Assembly: GCA_048938895.1 (NCBI GenBank) | Contig: JBHLLU010000016.1 | Location: 16,998-80,997, forward strand | Source: Promethearchaeota archaeon | Lineage (GTDB): Archaea > Asgardarchaeota > Lokiarchaeia > Sigyniarchaeales > SOKP01 | Length of the DNA: 64,000 nucleotides | Direction: 5' to 3' | Shown here: positions 41,815-51,104 of the stretch, piece by piece | Layout of the letters: every line of letters begins with the position of its first letter | Position numbering within the stretch: position 1 is the first letter of the stretch | The notes under the pieces: model-generated | Database searches by the model: none | Seen by the model: the letters and a program-made list of their open reading frames with translations, nothing else | What the model was told of the DNA's origin: nothing | Made by a program: the position numbers and the translations under genes

Positions 41815-42015
41815 TTAAAGATCTCGTGCCTTCACGGTCTTTCTATTATTACCTTGTGCACGTTTAACTGCCTTATCAAGCATACCCATGATGATATTGT
41901 TTAAAGCTTCACCATCAAGAACACCACTGCTTGTATTACAGTCCTTCCCTTTAATATATTCCCTAACCTTTGATTTCACAAACAAAGGTTCTACCTTTGC
42001 GGCTTTTTTGGCCAT
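41815..42015 (-). CDS. Small histone-fold protein with short Lys/Ala N-terminal extension
   Basis: LFVKSKVRE...AVKRAQGNNRKTVKARDL (RxTxxxxD histone motif); N-terminus MAKKAAK. Confidence 0.85.
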   Translation of the reverse strand: MAKKAAKVEPLFVKSKVREYIKGKDCNTSSGVLDGEALNNIIMGMLDKAVKRAQGNNRKTVKARDL

Positions 42016-42025
42016 TTTAATTATA

Positions 42026-42030
42026 CCTCT
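42026..42030 (-). promoter_or_regulatory. Shine-Dalgarno-like AGAGG of the histone gene
   Basis: AAAAAGAGGTATAATTAAAATG on the minus strand. Confidence 0.55.
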
Positions 42031-42315
42031 TTTTTATTTTTTATGAAATTTTGTTTAGAATGCTGTTTAAAATTGAATTTAATAATTGTTTTGTTAAGTA
42101 TTATTTTTTCAACTGTATTATTAAATCTTTGTAATTTTAGCAAAACAATTTGAAATTCTTTTTTTTCTAAGGATATTTGGGAAGATTAAGCTAAATTAGA
42201 TCTCATATTTTCGAGTTATAAGACGTATTTCTTTTAAATTTTGAAAGGATAAATATTATAAAAAAAAAGTAGAGTGTTGTGATTTTGCTTTAGCGAAGAG
42301 AAAATGTAAATCTCT

Positions 42316-42594
42316 TTATTTTGGTGGTGCAAGTACTATTTCGATACTAGAAACATTATTATTTTGTCCATTTTCTCCTTCTAATTGTTCAGTGCTAAGT
42401 TTGATGTCCTTATACTCAGTACCCTTTAAGAATCTATTTCGTAGTATTTCGCATACATCGACAGCATGGGAAATAGCTCTGCCTCGGGCTTTAACAGTAC
42501 ATTCTTCACCCTTGTTAAGGATCATCATAGTGGCCATCACATAGTTCATAGTTGGACGACGGCCAACAAAGACAGCATTTTCTTCTTTTGCCAT
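42316..42594 (-). CDS. albA: DNA/RNA-binding protein Alba
   Basis: [33 protein letters not shown]. Confidence 0.95.
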   Translation of the reverse strand: MAKEENAVFVGRRPTMNYVMATMMILNKGEECTVKARGRAISHAVDVCEILRNRFLKGTEYKDIKLSTEQLEGENGQNNNVSSIEIVLAPPK

Positions 42595-42602
42595 TTTAAT
42601 TT

Positions 42603-42607
42603 CCTCT
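42603..42607 (-). promoter_or_regulatory. Shine-Dalgarno-like AGAGG of alba
   Basis: AAAAGAGGAAATTAAAATG on the minus strand. Confidence 0.55.
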
Positions 42608-42684
42608 TTTGTTTTTAATTTTTTATTGTTTATCTATAATTTTGTTGTTTTATTGTTTTTCCGTATTACGTATTAGCGTTTTCT

Positions 42685-42707
42685 CGTAATTTCAATCTCA
42701 AATTACG
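42685..42707. promoter_or_regulatory. Perfect 8-bp inverted repeat upstream of alba (candidate operator or hairpin)
   Basis: CGTAATTT-caatctc-AAATTACG. Confidence 0.4.
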
Positions 42708-42861
42708 GTAATAACATTCTCTTCAAATTTTAGAAATTTTTTAAACTTTATCGTCTGATTAATAAAGATTTCAGATAATCTGTAGCATTTTGATTATAAC
42801 TCATATTAAAATAAACTTTATTAAAGAGACAAAAATTAAAGAAAAAAAAGGGACTAAAATT

Positions 42862-43095
42862 TTATAATCCTTTCAATTTTACTCCTAAAAAGAAGATAAA
42901 CCAGGAAAGAAATACAACAATTATAGCAATTAAAGACCATGTTTCTATAACGGTAAAATCACCTAGAGTAAAATCAGTATCGATTAAAAATCCGTCAACG
43001 TTTAGAAAGATCAAATCAATTATAATATACACTCCAAATGCCATAAGAAGAAACGCTATTATTACAGTAAATTTACTTGGTGGTGTCCATCCCAT
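42862..43095 (-). CDS. Small two-TM membrane protein
   Basis: Two hydrophobic helices in 77 aa. Confidence 0.65.
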   Translation of the reverse strand: MGWTPPSKFTVIIAFLLMAFGVYIIIDLIFLNVDGFLIDTDFTLGDFTVIETWSLIAIIVVFLSWFIFFLGVKLKGL

Positions 43096-43187
43096 ATTTT
43101 AACAACTCTTTTTAATCAATTTTGATAATTTGTAAATTATTGATATTGTAATAATATTTGACTTAATATTTTATAAATCTAACCAAT

Positions 43188-43856
43188 CTAACTTTCCTTT
43201 GTGTAATCTATTTCAATTTCATTTTTAACATTAGCTTTATTAAACACTTGTTTGTCCTTGCTTAATCCATCTTCGTCTTCTTCTCCCTTAACTAAATCCC
43301 AAATAATACTTACTACTAACAAAACAGACACAATAACGAGTAGGGGAATTAACAATCCTGAATCTGTTAAAATTATTTTTACCCAACCTAAATACGGAAT
43401 CCTACCCACAACTACACCTAGAATTCTCGTTTCAGGAACCCATGCTTCATCAGGGCTAAGATTTGCGTCCCCCTTTGTTAAAAAAAACCACCCGTTATCA
43501 TACTTTTTATCAACAACCCGATGAACAATAGGATCACTGGGAGCGTGTATCCATAATCCGCGTGCATCAAACACAATAATATCCCCCTCTTTTCCTTCAA
43601 TAGTACCATTTTTAATATTTCCAGCATCTTTTCCTTTCAAAAATAATAGATCTCCTTTATGTAAATTAGGTTCCATAGAGCCTGAGACAACCACAACCAT
43701 CGGAGATTTTGTATTTAATGCAATTTGCATTACAAAATAAATTAAAAAAGCACCAGAGAAAGCTATACCAAGTAGAATTATTGTTATTATAATTTTTCTC
43801 TTTAGAGATGTCTCTTTTTCATGTTTCACTGGAGCCTTGATATTTTTTCTTTTCAT
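43188..43856 (-). CDS. sec11: Signal peptidase I, archaeal/ER (Sec11) type
   Basis: VVSGSMEP, PIVHRV, TKGDAN, IPYLGWV. Confidence 0.93.
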   Translation of the reverse strand: MKRKNIKAPVKHEKETSLKRKIIITIILLGIAFSGAFLIYFVMQIALNTKSPMVVVVSGSMEPNLHKGDLLFLKGKDAGNIKNGTIEGKEGDIIVFDARGLWIHAPSDPIVHRVVDKKYDNGWFFLTKGDANLSPDEAWVPETRILGVVVGRIPYLGWVKIILTDSGLLIPLLVIVSVLLVVSIIWDLVKGEEDEDGLSKDKQVFNKANVKNEIEIDYTKES

Positions 43857-44121
43857 AGTTATAATATTGTCGTCTTAAGGAGTATTTAATTATAAAGCTA
43901 ATTAAAATTTTCTTTATTCCATGAAACTGTCGACAAAAAATGATAATTTATAGTTCTATTTTTTGAATTTTACTCTGTAGCTCTTCAAGTATTTATGAAT
44001 TAATTATTCTTACATAACACTATTGACAAAGATTTTGCATTAATGTTTTAAACAATAATTCCTTGATTTTCATAATTGATTGAATCTTATTATAAAATGA
44101 ATTAGGGTTAAGATTTTTTAA

Positions 44122-44907
44122 ATGTTTGAGAAAACTCAATCATTTGACATGAATGGCCAGAATTATGAGGGTATTCGACAAAAAGTAGTAAATATTTTAC
44201 AAAATGACTTAAACTATACCACCAATACCACAAGATTAAGCAAATCTTTACTCCGTATCAACTATTTTAGCGAAAATTTTGATAAAGAAAAGCAAAAAGA
44301 AAATAGAATTACAATATTACAAGAGCCCAAGAGAAGAATCTATATCCAAATAAAAGGAAAGTTGAATGATGACCAAATCGGACAAATTTGGATGAAATTA
44401 GAAAAAGATTTAAATCTGAGCAGGAATATTAAAGAGAAAAAGGTCACAACTCCATCTAAGGAAGATATTATCTATCAAATTATTGAATTAATTAAATTGC
44501 AGGGATACACTATCAATTATAGTGATGCTGAAGAATTTCTTGAAAAATTCTTTTTGAAATATAAAAGATTACCCAAAAATGAAGAATTAAGTTCAATAGC
44601 AAAGGGATACATCATAATGATTAATGAAGATTATCTCTCAAAGCGGGTTGAAGCATTAAACAAATCTGAATTAGTATCTGAGTCGATTTCCACGATTTTG
44701 GAGGAAGAGGAGGAAATAAATATTTCAGGATCTAATAATAGTAGTGTCGTAGATATTGAAGACTCAATAAGTCGAAGAAAATGCCCTAGTTGTGGAGATG
44801 AAAATTCAGTTCATGAGGTCATAGATAAAAGTATTGTTCTAATGGATTATCCCCGCATTTATGGAAAAAAGAAGTATTGTGGTAAATGTGGCTATGATTG
44901 GAGATAA
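44122..44907 (+). CDS. Hypothetical protein with C-terminal Zn ribbon
   Basis: CPSCG...IYGKKKYCGKCGYDW. Confidence 0.7.
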   Translation: MFEKTQSFDMNGQNYEGIRQKVVNILQNDLNYTTNTTRLSKSLLRINYFSENFDKEKQKENRITILQEPKRRIYIQIKGKLNDDQIGQIWMKLEKDLNLSRNIKEKKVTTPSKEDIIYQIIELIKLQGYTINYSDAEEFLEKFFLKYKRLPKNEELSSIAKGYIIMINEDYLSKRVEALNKSELVSESISTILEEEEEINISGSNNSSVVDIEDSISRRKCPSCGDENSVHEVIDKSIVLMDYPRIYGKKKYCGKCGYDWR

Positions 44908-45022
44908 ATCTGTTTTCTTTAATTTTATTTAAAATATCTTTGAAAATAGTTTTAAATATTTTATTATTCAAAGTGTTAATATATTTATTTATAATTTTTA
45001 AATCAATTATCATAATTTCAGA

Positions 45023-45994
45023 TTGATTTGTATGGAAGATTACGCAATTATTTACAATCCTGTTGCTGGTAAAGGAAAAAGAATTAAAAAAGATATTAAG
45101 TTTGCTAGCAAGTGTCTAGATGATTTGAATATATCTTATAAACTTATCGGGAGCGAATATGCAGGAAACGCAATAGAGTTAGCAGCGCAATTTGCAAAAG
45201 ATGGTTACATTGTTATTGGAGCAGGAGGAGATGGTACGTGCAATGAGGTTATGAATGGAGTGGTTAGTTCAAAATCAGGAGCATTATGCGGATTTATTCC
45301 TATGGGATCTGGAAATGATATTCCTGCTGCAATCGGGATCCGTCCTGATATTAAAAGAGCATGCGAGATAATCGCTGAGGGGCATAATTCAAAAGCAGAT
45401 ATCGGTATCGCGAAAACTGATACTGGTGTTCAACGGTACTTTTTAGGGATAGGAAGTCAAGGATTTGATGCGGAAGTTACGAGAAGAGCGAATGAAGCTA
45501 AGAGAAGCAAAAATTACACCATGCAAACACTTTTGGCATTATTTCCTTGGAAAAATAAAGAAGTAAGGGTAATTATGGATAATGATAGCTATGAGGGGAT
45601 GGCGAATTGTTTGGCTGTAGCCAATGGTCCTTCTTACGGTGGTTTTATGTATATCTGTCAAAGAGCTCGAGTAGATGACGGCATTTTTCATGTTAATATT
45701 GTTGATATTGGTAAATTCAAACTTCTTAAACATTTTAATAGAATGTTCAAAGCTACACTCTTGCCTCACCCAAATATTTATGAATACACAAGTAGAAATG
45801 TAAGAGTCGAAATGAAGAATTCTGATAATGAACCATATCACTGCCAAGTAGATGGGGAAGTATTAGGTCCTGTACCCGTTACATATGAAAACATTGAAAA
45901 TGGTCAGGAATTTATTCGTCCCGATCTCGATGAAGTTGCTGAAGCTTTTAAGGTTAAATATGGACGATATTTCTGGGAATGTGAAGATGATTAA
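45023..45994 (+). CDS. Diacylglycerol kinase-family lipid kinase (YegS/BmrU-like)
   Basis: NPVAG, GGDGT, PMGSGND, GFDA, NGPSYGG, QVDGE. Confidence 0.92.
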   Translation: MICMEDYAIIYNPVAGKGKRIKKDIKFASKCLDDLNISYKLIGSEYAGNAIELAAQFAKDGYIVIGAGGDGTCNEVMNGVVSSKSGALCGFIPMGSGNDIPAAIGIRPDIKRACEIIAEGHNSKADIGIAKTDTGVQRYFLGIGSQGFDAEVTRRANEAKRSKNYTMQTLLALFPWKNKEVRVIMDNDSYEGMANCLAVANGPSYGGFMYICQRARVDDGIFHVNIVDIGKFKLLKHFNRMFKATLLPHPNIYEYTSRNVRVEMKNSDNEPYHCQVDGEVLGPVPVTYENIENGQEFIRPDLDEVAEAFKVKYGRYFWECEDD

Positions 45995-46002
45995 CTTTTA
46001 TT

Positions 46003-46626
46003 ATGCCAGATTGGAATGATATTTTTACCAAGGATGGAAAAGTTTTCTTAGAACCACATTCAGATATGGAAAGACTTTCAGGATTATTTAAAAAAAAGAA
46101 TATTCAAACTATTTTAGATCTTGGATGTGGAACAGGACGTCATCTTATTTTCTTTTCCAAAAAGGGATTTGATATTTTTGGACTTGATGGTTCCCTAAGG
46201 GGCATAGAAATTGCACAACAATGGCTATCTGAAGAAGGATTAAAAGTAGAAACGGTTTGTAGTAAAATTGAGGATGATTTTCCATTTGATGATAATTCTT
46301 TTGATGCTGTCATCTCTATACAAGTAATCCATCATAATTTATTGAAAAACATCTTGAAGACAGTTAAAGAAATAGAAAGAGTATTAAAAGAGGGGGGTTA
46401 TCTCTTCGTTACCTTCCCATATTTATATGTTAATTCAAAAAATGGAAACTGGGATTTGAAGAGGGTTGAAAAAAACACCTATCTTCCTCAAAAAGGTAAA
46501 GAAAAAGGACTTCTGCACCACTACTTTTCATCGAATGAAATTGAAGATATTTTTAAAAATTTTGAAGTAATAGAAAGTTATATTGATAATACTAATCATC
46601 GAGCTCTTTTAGGAATAAAAAAGTGA
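46003..46626 (+). CDS. Class I SAM-dependent methyltransferase
   Basis: ILDLGCGTGRH, FDAVIS, RVLKEGG. Confidence 0.88.
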   Translation: MPDWNDIFTKDGKVFLEPHSDMERLSGLFKKKNIQTILDLGCGTGRHLIFFSKKGFDIFGLDGSLRGIEIAQQWLSEEGLKVETVCSKIEDDFPFDDNSFDAVISIQVIHHNLLKNILKTVKEIERVLKEGGYLFVTFPYLYVNSKNGNWDLKRVEKNTYLPQKGKEKGLLHHYFSSNEIEDIFKNFEVIESYIDNTNHRALLGIKK

Positions 46627-46722
46627 AAATTTTCTCAAAATTAAATTCATATGAATCTTTATATTCTATTTTATCTATAATTATAACATTACTTTAAAAA
46701 TTGTGAGATTCAATCCTTATTT

Positions 46723-47715
46723 ATGAGTGCTCAATATTCATCATCAATGACAGGAAATAAGAAGACTTCTCGAGCATGTTGTGGTATTATTTTCATTATA
46801 ATAGGGATAGTTATAGTAGCAGGCCCGTTTTCTTTCTATATAGGAACCGCTTCCACATTCATAGCTACTATCTTAATCCTAGTTGGGGTGATTCTCTTAC
46901 TTGCCGCGGCTAGTTCAAAACAAGGATATTTTAATAGAACGGGATATGACCCTATAGAACAAAATCTTTATAAAAGGTTTGACCGTTGCCCAAAATGCGG
47001 AACAAAAAGATCTCCTGGTTATAAAATATGTTTTTACTGTGGTTATAGGTTCTATGGTGAGAAAATTTCTAGCATTCCACAACCAGCGGAAGTTACTAGT
47101 ACACCTTCTCATGAAAGTACATTCCCTCCAATTTCTGAATTATTACAGAGTAAAGGATCACCCTATGAAAATGCAATTCCAGAGATTAAAGTTGATGATT
47201 ATGAAACTGCTCCTTTAATTCCAGAAGAGAAAAATAAAATTGTCATTAAATTTTGCCCTCAATGTGGGGAGAAATTTCTACAGGGAGCAAAATTCTGTTT
47301 TATTTGTGGTAAGAAGGTAGGAGATGTTGAATCATCCCTGTCAATACCCGAAATTGAAAAAAAAGAAATCAAAATTATTTCTAGCCCTGTACCTCCACCA
47401 ATAGTTCAAGTCTCAGACATTGAAAAAGAAGAAATTGAATCCATTACTACCCCTGAATCTCCACCAAGAATTCAAATCACAGAAATCAAAAAGGAAGAGA
47501 TTGAGACTCCTGAAATTTCACCAATGACTCAAACCTCAAAATTAGAGAGGGAAGTATCTAAGATTATTACCCCCGAAATATTAGAACCAATACCTTCGAT
47601 TCCAGATAAGAAAGCAACTAAACGTAAACACCTTACCTGTAATTTCTGTGGGATTAAACTTCCAGAAAATGCACCGTTCTGTATTCAATGTGGAATGATA
47701 ATAAAAACTAGGTAA
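46723..47715 (+). CDS. Two-TM protein with three double-Zn-ribbon modules and a Pro/Glu-rich repeat linker
   Basis: CPKCG..CFYCG, CPQCG..CFICG, CNFCG..CIQCG. Confidence 0.75.
   Translation: MSAQYSSSMTGNKKTSRACCGIIFIIIGIVIVAGPFSFYIGTASTFIATILILVGVILLLAAASSKQGYFNRTGYDPIEQNLYKRFDRCPKCGTKRSPGYKICFYCGYRFYGEKISSIPQPAEVTSTPSHESTFPPISELLQSKGSPYENAIPEIKVDDYETAPLIPEEKNKIVIKFCPQCGEKFLQGAKFCFICGKKVGDVESSLSIPEIEKKEIKIISSPVPPPIVQVSDIEKEEIESITTPESPPRIQITEIKKEEIETPEISPMTQTSKLEREVSKIITPEILEPIPSIPDKKATKRKHLTCNFCGIKLPENAPFCIQCGMIIKTR
47353..47580 (+). repeat. Degenerate ~66-nt (22-aa) coding repeats, about 3.5 copies
   Basis: IEKKEIKIISSPVPPPIVQVSD / IEKEEIESITTPESPPRIQITE / IKKEEIETPEISPMTQTSK / LEREVSKIITPE. 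Confidence 0.6.
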
Positions 47716-47739
47716 AATGAAAGACTGATCTAAATCTTC

Positions 47740-48900
47740 TTATTTCAACTCGAAATTATCTTCAATAGGTTTGTATTTAATTGTATTTAATATTAATATT
47801 GCAAGAGCAACAATAATTACGATAATTAATAAGAACATTGTCATCTGAATATTGAATCTATTGATATCCTCTCTCCAAGGATAGTTACCATCATATTGAT
47901 AACTAGATATGTTCAAATACTTATTAAAAATAAACTGTTCTACAGTTCGTCCCGTTGCTTGTAAACTATCACTCCTAACGTTTGTAATATTATCACTGAT
48001 TGTGTGATGGAAGGGCCATTTCGAATTATCCCAAAAATTAATAATTAAATCTGCTGAAGGAATCCCAATATTTACAAATGCTCTGTGATCATCTATTATT
48101 CGATTGCTTTCGGGATTAGAGGGAAATTGCTTTTTATACCCTAAAGATCTTCCGACTGCAAATAGTTCTTCCAGCAATGATGAAGTAGAATATAACTCAT
48201 TAATAAATTTTAAATTTCTTCCCCCTACCATATCTAAAAGAAGCATTAACTCAAAATTTTCAGTTTGATTATCATAAAAGTTATCGATATCAGATACAAA
48301 TTTCTTAGATCCTTCGCACCAACCCCATCCAGTTATTCCAGAACCACCACTATCTACTCCTTGGTCCTCTGCGTCAAAGAATAAGAACCATAATTGACAT
48401 GATAGGTTCTCCTTAGATTGATAAAGTACGTTAGCTAACTCAATCAGAACAGCAGATCCACTAGCGCCATCATTTGCGCCTGGTACTGGATCAGATCTAT
48501 TGGAGGGATTAGGATCTTTTGTAGCTTTTGCCCTTGAATCATAATGTGCTCCCAATATAACAATGTTACTTAAATTTTGGTTTATTTTAAATAGGACATT
48601 CTGACATTCAATTGATTGAATATTAAAATTATGCAAAATATATGTTATATTTGGGTCTATCTCTTTAAATCTAGTTATAAAGTAGTTAGTACAATTGATT
48701 CTTTCTGGGGTTCCAGGAATTCTAAATCCCATATCCACCTGATCTTCAACGTATGTATAGGCATTATCACCATTAAAGTTTAATTCTACATCAACATTTT
48801 GAATTTGTAAGTCTGGTATTGAAAAATAGGGTAAGTAATATGATCCGAGACCTATACAAATAAAAATTAGTGGAATTAAAACCTTACTTTGCTTTCTAAT
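47740..48900 (-). CDS. M28 peptidase / glutaminyl cyclase-like protein with N- and C-terminal membrane anchors; start extended from 48738 to a probable ATT at 48900
   Basis: GAHYDSR, GANDGASG, FFDAED, LLDMVG, DDH, HHT. The upstream frame is open and encodes RKQSKVLIPLIFICIGLG and FNGDNAYTYVEDQVDMGFRIPGT. Confidence 0.8.
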   Translation of the reverse strand: MRKQSKVLIPLIFICIGLGSYYLPYFSIPDLQIQNVDVELNFNGDNAYTYVEDQVDMGFRIPGTPERINCTNYFITRFKEIDPNITYILHNFNIQSIECQNVLFKINQNLSNIVILGAHYDSRAKATKDPNPSNRSDPVPGANDGASGSAVLIELANVLYQSKENLSCQLWFLFFDAEDQGVDSGGSGITGWGWCEGSKKFVSDIDNFYDNQTENFELMLLLDMVGGRNLKFINELYSTSSLLEELFAVGRSLGYKKQFPSNPESNRIIDDHRAFVNIGIPSADLIINFWDNSKWPFHHTISDNITNVRSDSLQATGRTVEQFIFNKYLNISSYQYDGNYPWREDINRFNIQMTMFLLIIVIIVALAILILNTIKYKPIEDNFELK

Positions 48901-49007
48901 GATTATTCACCATGACACACGAAATCTTAAGAGTATTCTAATACTTTTCAATTTTATAACACTAATAATTTTTTGAGTTATTAATATTAGAGGAAGGGAT
49001 ATAATAA

Positions 49008-51038
49008 GTGAGTAAAGAAGGATCTGAATTGAATTTATCGAAATTACCTTTTATGGATATTTCCTTAAATTTAGAAAAAAGAGTAGAAGATTTACTAGAA
49101 AGGTTGACCTTAGAAGAAAAATTTATGTTATGTTCTGGAAGAAAATGGTGGTATACTAATCCAATAGAAAGATTAGGAATTCGATCGTTTGCAATGCATG
49201 ATGGACCTCACGGTGTTCGAGTTGATAGAGAAGGAGAAATTAAAACTACCTATTTTCCTTCAGCTATATGCAGAGCGGCTACATGGAATCTTGGTTTATC
49301 TGAAAAATTCGGAATTGCAATAGCACAGGAAATACGAGATGTTGGAGCTCATATGTTGCTTGCACCAGGAATTAACATTCAAAGGACTCCGATGTGTGGT
49401 CGCACCTTTGAATATCAGTCAGAAGATCCATATTTGAATAAGAGGTTAGCAGTTGCAGTTGTAAAAGGCGTACAGAGTCAGAGAATAGCTGCATGTATTA
49501 AACATTTCATTTGTAACAATCAAGAAGCAAATCGATTTACTGTTAGTTCCGAGGTCAGTGAAAGAGCTTTGCAAGAGATATATTATCCCGCTTTTAAGGC
49601 GTCTGTACAAGAAGCTGATGCATGGTCAGTAATGAGTTGTTATAATAAGCTTAATGGGATATATGGAGCAGAAAATAAACATCTCTTAAAGGATGTATTG
49701 ATGAATGAATGGGGATTTAGAGGATTTATAGTTACTGATTGGGCTGCTACAAGATGGGGAACGAGCACAGAAACTTGTGTAAATGCGGGATTAACACTTG
49801 AAATGCCGGCACCAATGAAATATAGTGTTACTAAGATGTCAAAGGCTTATAAGGAAGGGAAATTTACTTTAGAAGCTGTGAATGAAAATGTAAAGCGTTT
49901 ATTACGTGTGATGTTTCTTGTGGGACTCTTTGACGCTGAAAATACCTTACCAAAAGGTAGTCGAAACACTCCTGAACATCAAAATCTAGCACGTGAAATC
50001 GCTGAAGAAGGAATTGTACTTTTAAAAAATACGGGAAATATTCTCCCAATTAACCTAGAGAAAATAAAAGAAATTGCAGTTATAGGACCGACCGCAAATA
50101 AAAGAACTTATTTAGGTGGAGGGAGTTCCGATAATTTTCCGCCATATGAGGTGAAACCAATTGAGGGAATTAAAGAAAAATGTAATGATATAGTAAAGAT
50201 AACTAATAATCCTTCAGAAGCAGATATTACACTACTTTTTGTAGGATTAAAACATAAAGAGGGAGGAGATGCTGAACATTGGGATAAAAATTCATTTAGT
50301 CTCCCTGAAAAGCAAATTGAGCTTATAAATAAAACAGCTGAAGAAAATAAAAATACAATTGTAATCAATACCAGTGGTAGTCCTGTATCTATGATGGAAT
50401 GGATTGATAATATACCTGCTGTAATACAGGCTTGGTACGGCGGAATGGAAGCAGGAAATGCAATCGCTGCCATAATTTTTGGCGAAATAAATCCCTCAGG
50501 CAAACTCCCAATAACATTTCCAAAAAAACTTTCAGATTCACCTGCTCATGTTTCAGATCAAACTTATCCTGGTGATGAGAAGGTTTTTTACGAAGAAGGC
50601 ATTTTTGTAGGGTATCGTCATTTTGATACAAAGAGTATTGACCCACTTTTTCCATTTGGACATGGTCTATCTTATACCGAATTTACCTATGAAAATCTTG
50701 AAATAAGCCAGGAAAAAATATCAGGTAATGAGAAATTCTCCGTTAACTTAGATATTATAAATAAGGGTAATCGATTTGGGGCAGAAGTAGTTCAATTATA
50801 TATCCAAGACGTGGACTGCAGCGTAGAAAGACCAATTAAAGAACTTAAAGGATTTAAAAAGATTGAGATAGAACCTAATGAAAGGAAATCTGTTAAATTT
50901 GAAATAACTAAAGATGATCTCTCATTTTTCGATGAAAAAAGTAATGATTGGAAAGCTGAGAAAGGTAAATATAATATTCTTATTGGAAGTTCCTCACGAG
51001 ATATTAGATTACAAACGGAGATTGAATACTTAGGTTAA
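49008..51038 (+). CDS. GH3 beta-glucosidase/xylosidase
   Basis: DGPHG, GRTFEYQSEDP, IKHF, VTDW (nucleophile), NPSGKLP, YEEGIFVGYR, Fn3-like tail. Confidence 0.93.
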   Translation: MSKEGSELNLSKLPFMDISLNLEKRVEDLLERLTLEEKFMLCSGRKWWYTNPIERLGIRSFAMHDGPHGVRVDREGEIKTTYFPSAICRAATWNLGLSEKFGIAIAQEIRDVGAHMLLAPGINIQRTPMCGRTFEYQSEDPYLNKRLAVAVVKGVQSQRIAACIKHFICNNQEANRFTVSSEVSERALQEIYYPAFKASVQEADAWSVMSCYNKLNGIYGAENKHLLKDVLMNEWGFRGFIVTDWAATRWGTSTETCVNAGLTLEMPAPMKYSVTKMSKAYKEGKFTLEAVNENVKRLLRVMFLVGLFDAENTLPKGSRNTPEHQNLAREIAEEGIVLLKNTGNILPINLEKIKEIAVIGPTANKRTYLGGGSSDNFPPYEVKPIEGIKEKCNDIVKITNNPSEADITLLFVGLKHKEGGDAEHWDKNSFSLPEKQIELINKTAEENKNTIVINTSGSPVSMMEWIDNIPAVIQAWYGGMEAGNAIAAIIFGEINPSGKLPITFPKKLSDSPAHVSDQTYPGDEKVFYEEGIFVGYRHFDTKSIDPLFPFGHGLSYTEFTYENLEISQEKISGNEKFSVNLDIINKGNRFGAEVVQLYIQDVDCSVERPIKELKGFKKIEIEPNERKSVKFEITKDDLSFFDEKSNDWKAEKGKYNILIGSSSRDIRLQTEIEYLG

Positions 51039-51104
51039 ATGAAAAAATAAAAGAAGATAATTTCCTTAAATTTTGATAAAATAATAAAAAAATTGGTTTA
51101 ATCA

